In this document: positions 1-9,310 of the stretch, in pieces
Numbering within the stretch: the first letter of the stretch is position 1
Layout of the letters: each line of letters begins with the position of its first letter
Source of the DNA: Clostridia bacterium
GTDB lineage: Bacteria; Bacillota; Clostridia; Christensenellales; QALW01
Length of the DNA: 64,000 nt
NCBI GenBank assembly: GCA_045594045.1
Contig: JAZNXV010000034.1
Span: forward strand, 1,075 to 65,074
Direction of reading: 5' to 3'
Program-made: the position numbers and the translations under genes
Notes under the pieces: model-generated
Seen by the model: only the letters and a program-made list of their open reading frames with translations
The model's database searches: none
Told to the model about the DNA's origin: nothing

Positions 1-134
1 AAGCCTTTTAAGCTGTCACTTTCCTTTTTTAATTCCTCGTTGCCGTTTTTGTTGTTCAGCTTAAAAAGCAAAATAACGTTTAAAATAATCAATACGGCGC
101 AAAGTGCAAAAGTAGAAATAATTAAGTATTCCAT
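1..134 (-). CDS. hypothetical membrane-anchored protein, 5' end only (gene runs off the window start)
   Basis: ATG at 134-132 sits behind AGGAG. Hand translation MEYLIISTFALCAVLIILNVILLFKLNNKNGNEELKKESDSLKG shows one TM helix followed by a charged segment. It lies 17 bp downstream of the ABC gene on the same strand. Confidence 0.4.
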   Translation of the reverse strand, partial: MEYLIISTFALCAVLIILNVILLFKLNNKNGNEELKKESDSLKG

Positions 135-151
135 AGTTTCTCCTATTTGTT

Positions 152-1951
152 TTATTTGTTTATAAGAGCGTTATATTGGCTCATATTAAGCTCATAATAA
201 ATGCCCTTTTTATCCATTAATTCTTGATGTGTTCCTTCTTCTGCAATACCCTTATGGGCGATGCACATAATTTTATCGGCGCGCTTTATTGTAGAAAGCC
301 TATGGGCAATAACGAAGCTGGTACGACCTTCTAATAGAGTGTCAAGAGCTTTTTGAATTAAAAGCTCTGTTTTTGTGTCAATGCTTGAGGTGGCTTCGTC
401 TAAGATAAGAACTTTCGGGTTGGCTAAAACTGCACGGGCAAAGGATAAAAGCTGCCTTTCGCCTGTAGAAAGCCCCGCGCCGCGTTCAGATACCACTGTG
501 TTATATTGCTTCGGCAGTGCTTCTATAAATTCAGCGGCATAAACCTGCTTTGCCGCGGCAATGCATTCTTCATCGGTGGCATCGGGTCTGCCGTAACGAA
601 TGTTATCCATTATTGTGCCGGAAAACACAAAGGAATCCTGCATCATAACACCAACTTGAGTACGCAACGAGCGGGTTGTGACGTTGCGAACGTCGTGACC
701 GTCAATCTTTATGCTGCCGGCGGTGACGTCGTAAAAACGCGAAAGCAAGTTAACAACGGTAGTTTTTCCTGCGCCGGTAGGACCAACAAGGGCAATCATT
801 TCGCCGGGAGCTACACTGAAGGAAACGTTCTCTAAAACGTTTGTTTCACCATCGTAGGAAAAAGAAACGTTTTCGTAGTCGATTTTTCCTTTTATACAAG
901 GAAGTTCATAGGCATCGGGAGCGTCTTTGATTTCTGCCTCGGTATCCATTGTTTCAAAGATGCGTTCAATATTACCCGTCGCTTCGCAGAATTGGTTAAA
1001 AATGCCTACAAAGGAAGAAATAGGTTGCCAGAATCTTGTCATATAGGCGCAAAACGCAGTTAAAGCACCTAAGGAGAGAACGCCTTGGTCAATATAACCT
1101 ATCGCTACGAAATATACGCATAAGGTACCTATTGTTGAAAGAATATCAACTACAGGGCCCAAGGTTGAGGCTGAAAACGCAAATTTATAATAAGGCTTAT
1201 TTGTTTCTGCGTCAAGGCGTTTAAGCTCAAACACGTTGGCTTCTTGTCTGTTAAAGGCTTGAGATACCATAACGCCCATTATATTTTCGTTTATGTATGC
1301 TGTGCGGTTACTTGATTTCGTAAGCACCGCGCGATAAAATTTTGTGATTAATTGGCGAAGAAGTATTGCAAAAACACATAACGGAATAAGTGCGGCAAAG
1401 CTTATAAGTGAAAGGGTAAGATTGGTTGTTAAAAGAATTACAACGATACTTACCAAGGTGAAAACGTCCACTATAAGCTGAATAAGCGATTCGGAAAGCA
1501 AGGTGGCAAGACTATCGATATAGCTTGTAACTCTTACCATAATTTTGCCTGCAGGGCGGTCGTCAAAATACTTAAAGGCGAGAGTTTGAATGTGTTCAAA
1601 CAGCTCCTTACGGATATCGTAAATTGAGCTGTGACCTAAATTGGTGATTATGTACATTCTCTTTGCAGAGAGAAAAACGTTTAGTAAAAGCAGCAGCGCA
1701 ATGGAGGCTACGACAATTAGAAGGGCGGGAATACTGTTTTCAAAGCTACCGCCGTCAGTTAGAACAGCATCAATAATCCACTGTGTAAGGCGAGGCCAAA
1801 CAAGTGAGACCAATACGTTTAGAATTAACAAACCAAGCCCTTTAAAAAAGAGCTTTTTATGGGGAAGCATATACTTAAAAAGCCGTTTTAAAATACTTGT
1901 ATTTAACCTTAAAACCTGCTTTTCGTCGTCGGAATATCTGTTACGAGCCAT
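152..1951 (-). CDS. ABC exporter, fused permease/ATPase (heterodimer partner 2)
   Basis: Motifs seen: Walker A GPTGAGKTT, signature LSTGERQ, Walker B LILDEATS and H-loop IAHRLST, with an N-terminal six-TM region. The start is trimmed to MARNRYSDDEK (ATG at 1951) behind GGGGGGTGG, 13 nt after the upstream stop. The ORF-track extension to 2125 overlaps the upstream gene. Confidence 0.9.
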   Translation of the reverse strand: MARNRYSDDEKQVLRLNTSILKRLFKYMLPHKKLFFKGLGLLILNVLVSLVWPRLTQWIIDAVLTDGGSFENSIPALLIVVASIALLLLLNVFLSAKRMYIITNLGHSSIYDIRKELFEHIQTLAFKYFDDRPAGKIMVRVTSYIDSLATLLSESLIQLIVDVFTLVSIVVILLTTNLTLSLISFAALIPLCVFAILLRQLITKFYRAVLTKSSNRTAYINENIMGVMVSQAFNRQEANVFELKRLDAETNKPYYKFAFSASTLGPVVDILSTIGTLCVYFVAIGYIDQGVLSLGALTAFCAYMTRFWQPISSFVGIFNQFCEATGNIERIFETMDTEAEIKDAPDAYELPCIKGKIDYENVSFSYDGETNVLENVSFSVAPGEMIALVGPTGAGKTTVVNLLSRFYDVTAGSIKIDGHDVRNVTTRSLRTQVGVMMQDSFVFSGTIMDNIRYGRPDATDEECIAAAKQVYAAEFIEALPKQYNTVVSERGAGLSTGERQLLSFARAVLANPKVLILDEATSSIDTKTELLIQKALDTLLEGRTSFVIAHRLSTIKRADKIMCIAHKGIAEEGTHQELMDKKGIYYELNMSQYNALINK

Positions 1952-1964
1952 AAATCCACCCCCC

Positions 1965-3758
1965 TTAAATTGAATTGAGCACAGTTGAATACTGCTCTTT
2001 ATATATGTCAAAATAATGACCCTTAAGGGAAACAAGCTCATCGTGAGTACCGCGTTCGATAATTTCGCCGTTCTTAAGCACAAGGATTTCGTCGCAGGCT
2101 TTAACGGAAGAAATTCTGTGGGCAATGATTATTTTGCTGTTGTGAGAAAAATCTGTTTTTAAAGATGAATACAAGGCCTCTTCAGTTTGCATATCGAGAG
2201 CGCTTGTGGCATCGTCAAAAATCAAAACGGGGGAATTGTTAAGCAGAGCGCGGGCGATAGAAATTCGCTGTTTTTGGCCGCCTGAAAGACCCATTCCTCG
2301 CTCGCCGATAATAGTGTCGTATTCATCGGGAAGTTTTTCGATAAACTCGCTCGCACAGGCGGTTTTTGCGCATTTTTTAACGTCTGCAATTGTCGCGTCG
2401 CACTTGCCGTAAGCGATGTTTTTTGCAATGGTATCAGAGAATAAAAATACGTCTTGAAAAACGGTTGAAAAGCAACTGCGCAGGGAGGTAAGGTCGAGGT
2501 CGCGCACGTCTGTTCCGTTTATGGAAACAGAGCCTTTCGTAACGTCAAAAAAGCGCATCAATATGTTTATAAGCATTGATTTTCCGCTTCCTGTTGTACC
2601 TACGATGCCGAGAGTTTTTCCTTGGGGCAGCTCAAAGGAAATATCCTTTAAAATTTGATTGTTTCTTATTTTTAAGCTTACGTTTTTAACGCTTATATTT
2701 ACGCTATTCGTATCTATTTTTTTTGCGTTTTTCTTGGTTGATATAATGGAATTTGTGTGTAAAAAAGTAAAGAGCTTGTTACCGCTTGTAACGGAACGCT
2801 GGATAGCATTTATCCAGTTATTTGCTTGCTCAAAAGGCGTCAATATAAAGGTAAGATAGCCGCTTAAAGCAACAAATTCGGCTAATGTAAGCGCATTGGT
2901 ACTCGAAGGATTTAAATTGCCGTTAATAACGAAAATCGCAGATATTGCCGTAATAAAAACGTTTGGCAAAATGCTTATTATACCTACGGGAATATAGTTC
3001 TTTGCCCATATTTTCATATAGTTTACGGAACGGTCCCTGAAGGCTTCGTTTTTCTTGGTGAATTTTTTGATTTCGGCATTTTCTTGGGCGTATGCCTTAA
3101 CTATGCGTATGCCGCTTATGTTTTCTTGAGTTATTGTGCTTAAAGCTGCGCTTGCATCGCGCACAAGGTGATAATGCTCGGCAAAAACCCTACTTATTTT
3201 CTTCGAAACGAATAACAGCGGAAGGGCAAAGGCATATGCAACAAACACAAGCACCGGATTCATTTGCCAAATCATAATGCTGGCAAAAATGAAGCTGAAC
3301 AGAGATTCAATAATAACCGGAATTGTGCCTGTAAAAAACATTTTTACCGTTTCGGAATCGCCGTTTATAACGGTTAAAATATTACCGGTGGAATCTTGCT
3401 GTAAAAAGCTTTGCGATTGCCAAAGCAATTTTGAAAAGGCGTCTTGTCTGAGCTTGCAAACCGCTTGTGTGGAATAATAGGTCATTATGTAATTGCGAAC
3501 TACCGAAAGTAGCTGCTTGATTAAAATTACACCCAGCCACGAAAACGCGATGTATAAAAATACGGACGCTTTATTATCGGCTGACCACAGCCAAAAACTA
3601 AAAGAAGTGCCGTCGCTGATAATCAAATTAATAATGTGTTTTGTAAATTGCGGCACCAGCATAGACAGCAATGCAATCAACACACCCATAAAAAGATATA
3701 GAACGATGACACTTATGTAAGGCTTAAAATAGGAAAACAAGCACTTCAATGCTTTCAT
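1965..3758 (-). CDS. ABC exporter, fused permease/ATPase (heterodimer partner 1)
   Basis: Motifs seen: GTTGSGKSMLINIL, LSGGQKQRISIARAL, LIFDDATSALD and IAHRISS, with an N-terminal TM domain. GAGGTG RBS precedes the start. Confidence 0.9.
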   Translation of the reverse strand: MKALKCLFSYFKPYISVIVLYLFMGVLIALLSMLVPQFTKHIINLIISDGTSFSFWLWSADNKASVFLYIAFSWLGVILIKQLLSVVRNYIMTYYSTQAVCKLRQDAFSKLLWQSQSFLQQDSTGNILTVINGDSETVKMFFTGTIPVIIESLFSFIFASIMIWQMNPVLVFVAYAFALPLLFVSKKISRVFAEHYHLVRDASAALSTITQENISGIRIVKAYAQENAEIKKFTKKNEAFRDRSVNYMKIWAKNYIPVGIISILPNVFITAISAIFVINGNLNPSSTNALTLAEFVALSGYLTFILTPFEQANNWINAIQRSVTSGNKLFTFLHTNSIISTKKNAKKIDTNSVNISVKNVSLKIRNNQILKDISFELPQGKTLGIVGTTGSGKSMLINILMRFFDVTKGSVSINGTDVRDLDLTSLRSCFSTVFQDVFLFSDTIAKNIAYGKCDATIADVKKCAKTACASEFIEKLPDEYDTIIGERGMGLSGGQKQRISIARALLNNSPVLIFDDATSALDMQTEEALYSSLKTDFSHNSKIIIAHRISSVKACDEILVLKNGEIIERGTHDELVSLKGHYFDIYKEQYSTVLNSI

Positions 3759-4059
3759 AGGAGCACCTCGCTATTGAAGAAACGGAATACGTCGCCTTTT
3801 TTTTGTTAGCATACATTAAAAGAAACTGTTTGTCAATACCGTAAAAGCAAAAAAATAAAAATTTTTCAAAAATCAAAAACGAGGGAAAAGTACGAAGTAA
3901 TGCAGAATAAAATTTTTTGCAAAAAATTGTTAAAAATGTGTAGTGAAAAATGTAAAAAATTTATAAACTAATGCTAAATAAATATGAAAAAGCCCGTAAA
4001 TACTGCGTTTTTTAAAAAATAAAATTTTGTTAAAATTAAAAAAAATTGCGTATCGGATA

Positions 4060-4088
4060 TTGACTTTCCGAGTTGTTAGTGGTATGAT
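4060..4088 (+). promoter_or_regulatory. sigma-A-type promoter of the glycan-uptake operon
   Basis: TTGACT (4060-4065), a 17-nt spacer, then TGgTATGAT (extended -10, 4083-4088). It lies at the end of a ~440-bp very AT-rich intergenic region. Confidence 0.55.
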
Positions 4089-4202
4089 AGGGTAGATATC
4101 ATATATCAGTCTGCCTAAATAACACTCATTATATATATAAGGGGCAAAAAATGAGACGTTTTTTATGTGTCAGGACTTATTTTTGCATTCAGGAGGAACA
4201 AC

Positions 4203-7200
4203 ATGAAGTCTTTGCTTAACAAGATGCTTGTATTTGTTATTGCGCTCTCAGTTGTGTTTTCCGTGCTTTCCTGTGTGGCTTATGCTGCGCCTGCAAGTAC
4301 AGATAACACGAGCACTACAGTAACAAATCAAGGCGCAAGTGCAGATAATGCGGAAGTGTTAGATAATGCACCAAACGCACAAGCATTCAACAACAAGGTG
4401 TACGGAGAAGATAATTATGAAAAGTATTACAACTCGTACACTGACAAAACTGCACCCCAGGTTAATATCAGATTAAACGGTGCGGATGCGGTTGAATTTG
4501 ACGGCACAACGGGTGAGGTTATAGGCTCTTTGCCTATGGTTGAACGCGCATCTGCGAACAACCCTACAGATCTTCGCTCAGGTGCTTTATTCCTTGATGA
4601 AGGAATTGCCGGTTGGGTTGTAAACATTAAACAAACCGGTTGGTATAATATGACTTTCTCATATTTAGCTTACGATGAGATCGTTTATACTAAAGACGGA
4701 AATCAATATAGTGCAACAAGCAAGAGCTCTGCTGTACAGCGCAGGGTTTATATTGACTATAAAATTCCTTTTTACGAAGCCCGTCAGGTAAACTTTGAGC
4801 GCGTTTGGAAGGATGCGACTGTACTTAGCGTTAATTCTCAGAACGGTAACGAAAAGAGACCGTATCAGATAGAGACAGAGCAGTGGCAGACGGTTCCTGT
4901 GCGCGATTATATGGGCTATGAAGCCGAACCCTTTAAGTTCTATTTGGAAGAGGGTACTCATACCATCGCCTTTGAAGCAATTAAAGAGGGTATGCTGGTT
5001 GAGTATGTTGAGCTTCACCAAATTGATGCGGCACCTACCTATGCCGAATTATTAAAGCAGTATGAAAGCAACGGATATCAAAAGGTATCCGGGGTTGGCT
5101 CTGTTTACGTTCAGGCAGAAGGCTTACATGCACCTGAAACATATCTTGACGCACAAAAAGATATCTTCCTTAGCAGTGCAGTATATAATAAGTATGTGAA
5201 CTACATCGATCCTATCGATACCACTTCTTACGATGCTACTAAGGATCCTACTTATGATATATTAAAATCCGCCCCTACATTATATCCAATTATTGATAGG
5301 TCATCTTCTACGTCGGTACCTTACCATCACTGCAAAATCCGTTACAACACAATCGGTGCTGATAAGTGGATTAAGCCTAACGAATGGATCGAATGGACCG
5401 TTGACGTTGAAAAAGCAGGTCTTTATGCAATAAGCTTTAAGGCTCGCCAAAACATCTTAAGCGGTATGCATTCTACTCGCAAGCTTACCATTAACGGTGT
5501 ACAACCTTGTGCAGAGGTAGGGAACATTACCTTTGAGTACGGCAATGATTTCTTCAACTGCACGTTAGGTGACGAAACAAATGGCACGTATTATTTCTAT
5601 TTTAACGAAGGCAAAAACACCATCAGGCTCGAAACTACTTTGGGCGATTTGGGTGCTTTGCTCGATAAAGCAGAATCCAGTATGACACAGCTTAACGCTG
5701 CTTACAGACAGATTTTGATGATTACAAGTGCTTCGCCCGACGTTAACCGTGACTATCAGCTTAATATTATGGTGCCCGATGCACTTGCTAAATTAAAAGC
5801 TCAGCAAGCAGCTCTTGAGGCTCTTGAACAAGAATTTATTGACGTTTTCGGCTTGGGCGCAAGCGCACAGCTTTCAACGATTAAATCCGCAATTCTTCTT
5901 TTAGATAAGATGAATGCAGACCATACAAAGATTGCTGAAAACTTCACCAGCTTAAAGGATACCATTGCCGCAATGGGTACGTGGATTAACGAAATGAGCG
6001 AAAACCCCTTGGAGCTTGACTATTTTGTAATTACCACAGAGGAAAATATTAAAAATATTCCTGCTGCAAGCCCTGATTTCTTTGCCCGCTTTGTTCACGA
6101 AATCCGTTCGTTTATCGCTTCCTTTACTGAGGATTACGATAACATCGGCGGCACAGTTTCTGTTGACGGCAAGCAACCCGTTAAGGTTTGGCTTGAAACA
6201 GGCGCAGGTCTTACAGGCTCCCGTGATAACGCTACTATCTTAAAGCAGATTATTGACGATATGTTTACTGCTAACACAGGCGTTGTTGTTGAAACACGTC
6301 TTGTAGCCGGCGGTTCACTTCTTCCGTCAGTTCTTTCGGGCATCGGTCCTGAAGTTTGCTTATCGCGTTCAGCTACAGATGCTGTTAACTATGCCTTCCG
6401 TGGCGCTGTTATGAATCTTGCTGACGAAACGCTTTTCCCTGACTATAAAGATGTTCTCCTTAACGAAGAACGTTTTGCTGCAAGTGCTACCGTTCCATTT
6501 ACCTTCGGAACACAGATTTTCGCAATTCCCGAAACACAAGACTTTAGTATGACCTTCTATCGTACCGATATTCTTGAAGAGCTTGGATTAGAGCCTCCGG
6601 AGACTTGGGACGAGGTAAACAATATAATTGGTCATCTTCAACACAAGCAAATGACCTTTGCAATGCCCGTTCCCGTTGTAGGCGCTGTTGGTAGCGGCGA
6701 AGGTACGTTCGCAATGTTCTTATTCCAAAAGGGCGGTCAGTATTACACTGATGACCGCAGCAGTACCGACCTTGACAGTGATGAAGCACTTGATGCCTTC
6801 AAGGAATGGACAGCTTTCTATACGCAGCAAGATTTGCCCAATACTTATGACTTTGCTAACCGTTTCAGAACTGGTGAGGTTCCGATAGCTATTGCAGGCT
6901 ACAGCCAATACTCACAGCTTGCTGTTTTCGCACCTGAAATTCAAGGCCTTTGGGAGTTCTCGTTAGTTCCCGGCACACCTAAAACAGATGCTAACGGCAA
7001 TCCTATATTAGATGAAAACGGCAACCAGGTTATCGACCACTCATGCTCAAGCGGTGTTTCAGGCTGTATTATGCTTGGTATTGACACCTCCAATCCCGAA
7101 GGTGTTGAACGTGCACAGCGCGCTTGGCAGTTTATGTCTTGGTGGACCGGTGACGAAGCACAGTATCGCTTCGGTACTGAAATCGAAAGCTTGCTCGGTG

Positions 7201-7496
7201 CAGCCGCAAGATATCAGACGGCTAACCGTAAGGCTATGTCAAAGTTACCTTGGGACAAGAAATCCATGGAAATGATTCAGGAACAGTGGAAATACGTAAA
7301 GGCAATTCCTCAGGTTCCCGGCAGTTACTACACAGCTCGTAATATTGAGTTTGCGTGGAAAGAGGTTATCAATGATGCTACGGCAGAACCCAACACAACG
7401 TTCGTTGAATACGTTGGTATGATTGATGACGAAATCGCCCGTAAGCGCGAAGAATTTAAAGATAAAATTGCTATTATGATGGCAGGAAAGGAGTAA
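4203..7496 (+). CDS. giant extracellular solute-binding protein (N-terminal beta-sandwich/CBM-like modules fused to a family-1 sugar SBP domain)
   Basis: ATG at 4203 follows AGGAGG, and the signal peptide is MKSLLNKMLVFVIALSVVFSVLSCVAYA. The C-terminal ~450 aa resemble sugar-binding SBPs. It sits directly upstream of a MalF/MalG-type permease pair. The start is trimmed from the ORF-track 4167. Confidence 0.8.
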   Translation: MKSLLNKMLVFVIALSVVFSVLSCVAYAAPASTDNTSTTVTNQGASADNAEVLDNAPNAQAFNNKVYGEDNYEKYYNSYTDKTAPQVNIRLNGADAVEFDGTTGEVIGSLPMVERASANNPTDLRSGALFLDEGIAGWVVNIKQTGWYNMTFSYLAYDEIVYTKDGNQYSATSKSSAVQRRVYIDYKIPFYEARQVNFERVWKDATVLSVNSQNGNEKRPYQIETEQWQTVPVRDYMGYEAEPFKFYLEEGTHTIAFEAIKEGMLVEYVELHQIDAAPTYAELLKQYESNGYQKVSGVGSVYVQAEGLHAPETYLDAQKDIFLSSAVYNKYVNYIDPIDTTSYDATKDPTYDILKSAPTLYPIIDRSSSTSVPYHHCKIRYNTIGADKWIKPNEWIEWTVDVEKAGLYAISFKARQNILSGMHSTRKLTINGVQPCAEVGNITFEYGNDFFNCTLGDETNGTYYFYFNEGKNTIRLETTLGDLGALLDKAESSMTQLNAAYRQILMITSASPDVNRDYQLNIMVPDALAKLKAQQAALEALEQEFIDVFGLGASAQLSTIKSAILLLDKMNADHTKIAENFTSLKDTIAAMGTWINEMSENPLELDYFVITTEENIKNIPAASPDFFARFVHEIRSFIASFTEDYDNIGGTVSVDGKQPVKVWLETGAGLTGSRDNATILKQIIDDMFTANTGVVVETRLVAGGSLLPSVLSGIGPEVCLSRSATDAVNYAFRGAVMNLADETLFPDYKDVLLNEERFAASATVPFTFGTQIFAIPETQDFSMTFYRTDILEELGLEPPETWDEVNNIIGHLQHKQMTFAMPVPVVGAVGSGEGTFAMFLFQKGGQYYTDDRSSTDLDSDEALDAFKEWTAFYTQQDLPNTYDFANRFRTGEVPIAIAGYSQYSQLAVFAPEIQGLWEFSLVPGTPKTDANGNPILDENGNQVIDHSCSSGVSGCIMLGIDTSNPEGVERAQRAWQFMSWWTGDEAQYRFGTEIESLLGAAARYQTANRKAMSKLPWDKKSMEMIQEQWKYVKAIPQVPGSYYTARNIEFAWKEVINDATAEPNTTFVEYVGMIDDEIARKREEFKDKIAIMMAGKE

Positions 7497-7502
7497 AAGA
7501 GA

Positions 7503-8447
7503 ATGGCTGATTCAAGCGTCGCAAAGACAAAGGGAAAGAGCTTTTTCCGCGACTGGTTAAAATATCAGTTCAAGGAAATGCGTAAGAACGGCGCATTATA
7601 TCTCTTTATGCTCCCTTACTTACTTATATTCATTACTTTCACAGTGCTTCCTGTTTTCGTAGCAATTTATTTCAGCTTTACATACTTTAACGTTTTAGAG
7701 CCTCCGCAGTGGACCGGCTTTGATAACTACGTAAGGCTGTTTACTGCAGATGATTTGTTTATTACTGCGTTTAAGAACACAATCTTTTTTGCAACAATTA
7801 TCGGTCCCGGCGGCTATCTTTTATCCTTGCTCTTTGCTTGGCTTATTAACGAGCTTGGCAGAAGAACAAGAGCGATTATGACCTTGTTCTACTATGCACC
7901 TTCTCTTGCAAGTGCACTCCCCGTTTGGAAGATAATTTTCTCATCTGACCAATACGGTTTATTAAACGGCTTTTTAATGAATACGGGTATTACTTACAGT
8001 AACATTAAATGGCTTGAAGACGTTAACTATATCGTACCGTGTTGTATTATAGTTATTCTCTGGGGTTCTCTTGGAACAAGCTTCCTTACGTTTATTGCAG
8101 GCTTGCAGAACGTTGACAGAACGCTTTATGAGGCAGGCGCTATCGACGGCGTAAAGAACAGATGGCAGGAGCTTTGGTATATTACGTTACCTTATATGAA
8201 GCCGCAACTTATGTTCGGTGCCGTTATGAGTATTACGGGTGCTTTTACCGTAGGCGGACAAATTACGGCACTTGTAGGTTATCCCTCTCAGGACTACGTA
8301 GCCCATACGCTGATGCATCACCTTGAGGACTATGCTAACCAAAGAATGGAATTAGGCTATGCTTGTGCTATTGCCGTGCTTCTGTTCTTGTTGCAGCTTG
8401 GTACAAACAAGGTTATTAAAAAATTACTTTCGAAGGTGGGTGAGTAA
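7503..8447 (+). CDS. carbohydrate ABC transporter permease (MalF/UgpA-like), pair 1
   Basis: Six predicted TM segments and the EAA loop YEAGAIDGVKNRWQELWYITLPYMKP. Confidence 0.9.
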   Translation: MADSSVAKTKGKSFFRDWLKYQFKEMRKNGALYLFMLPYLLIFITFTVLPVFVAIYFSFTYFNVLEPPQWTGFDNYVRLFTADDLFITAFKNTIFFATIIGPGGYLLSLLFAWLINELGRRTRAIMTLFYYAPSLASALPVWKIIFSSDQYGLLNGFLMNTGITYSNIKWLEDVNYIVPCCIIVILWGSLGTSFLTFIAGLQNVDRTLYEAGAIDGVKNRWQELWYITLPYMKPQLMFGAVMSITGAFTVGGQITALVGYPSQDYVAHTLMHHLEDYANQRMELGYACAIAVLLFLLQLGTNKVIKKLLSKVGE

Positions 8448-8450
8448 GTT

Positions 8451-9296
8451 ATGGCAAAAAAACTCAACCGCTCCGGCGCGGGTAATTTTACAGGTATCTT
8501 CTTCCTTTGCTTTATAGCGATATTTATGGTAATACCGCTTGTATATGCAATAGGTAACTCCTTTAAGCCTATGGACGAACTTTTTAAGTTCCCTCCAACG
8601 TTGTTCCCTAACAGATGGATTACCACTAACTATACTGACCTGTTTGTTCTTATGGGTAACTCATGGGTACCGTTCTCAAGATATTTCTTTAATACCTTAT
8701 TTATAACGGTAGTAGGTACCTTCGGTCAGATTGTTTTCTGCTCACTTTGTGCATATCCTCTTGCTATGTATCAGTTCCCGGGCAGAAAGTTCATCTCCGG
8801 TATGATCGTTACCGCACTTATGTTCAACGGTACAGTTCTTTGGCTTCCCTTGTTCATTATCAAGGCAGGCTTAGGTATGATTGATACATACTATGCAATA
8901 ATCATTCCTACCTTCGGCTCTGCGATGGGTATGTATTTGATGCAGAACTTTATGTCACAGATACCGCGCTCATTGATTGAAGCCGCACGTATTGACGGTG
9001 CAAAAAACCTTAAAATTTTCTGGTCAATTGTTCTTCCTCAGGTTAAATCAGCATGGCTTACACTTATGATTTTCTCTGTTCAGGGCCTTTGGAACACGGG
9101 TGCATCGGTATTTATTCAAAGCGAATCGCTTAAGACCTTACCCTACGCACTTACGCAGATTGTTTCTACAGGTATTGCCCGTGCGGGTGTTTCCAACGCA
9201 ATTTCAGTTATTATGATGGCTGTTCCGATTACTACTTTCATTATTTCACAAAGTAACATTATCGAAACTATGGCTACATCAGGTATGAAGGATTAA
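8451..9296 (+). CDS. carbohydrate ABC transporter permease (MalG/UgpE-like), pair 1
   Basis: EAA loop IEAARIDGAKNLKIFWSIVLPQVKS. There is a 3-nt gap to the upstream permease. Confidence 0.9.
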   Translation: MAKKLNRSGAGNFTGIFFLCFIAIFMVIPLVYAIGNSFKPMDELFKFPPTLFPNRWITTNYTDLFVLMGNSWVPFSRYFFNTLFITVVGTFGQIVFCSLCAYPLAMYQFPGRKFISGMIVTALMFNGTVLWLPLFIIKAGLGMIDTYYAIIIPTFGSAMGMYLMQNFMSQIPRSLIEAARIDGAKNLKIFWSIVLPQVKSAWLTLMIFSVQGLWNTGASVFIQSESLKTLPYALTQIVSTGIARAGVSNAISVIMMAVPITTFIISQSNIIETMATSGMKD

Positions 9297-9310
9297 GGGG
9301 GTGCTGGATA

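Noticed and set aside
506-835. Many 60-230-aa ORFs in the supplied track lie antisense to, or out of frame within, larger genes. Examples are 506-835, 1641-1973, 4665-5021, 15802-16185, 23254-23664, 44847-45533 (228 aa), 47226-47567 and 49829-50134.
   Set aside because: Each lies wholly inside a longer ORF whose product carries clear family motifs (ABC, permease, IleRS, PaaK and others). None has an RBS, and their translations are low-complexity or implausible. The 228-aa ORF at 44847-45533 is antisense to a permease with a recognisable EAA-type core.
152-3758. ABC exporter pairs (152-3758 and 30784-32691) considered as exporters for the candidate RiPP.
   Set aside because: They lie 13-15 kb and about 12 kb away, separated from the locus by unrelated operons and terminators. 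There is no evidence of linkage.
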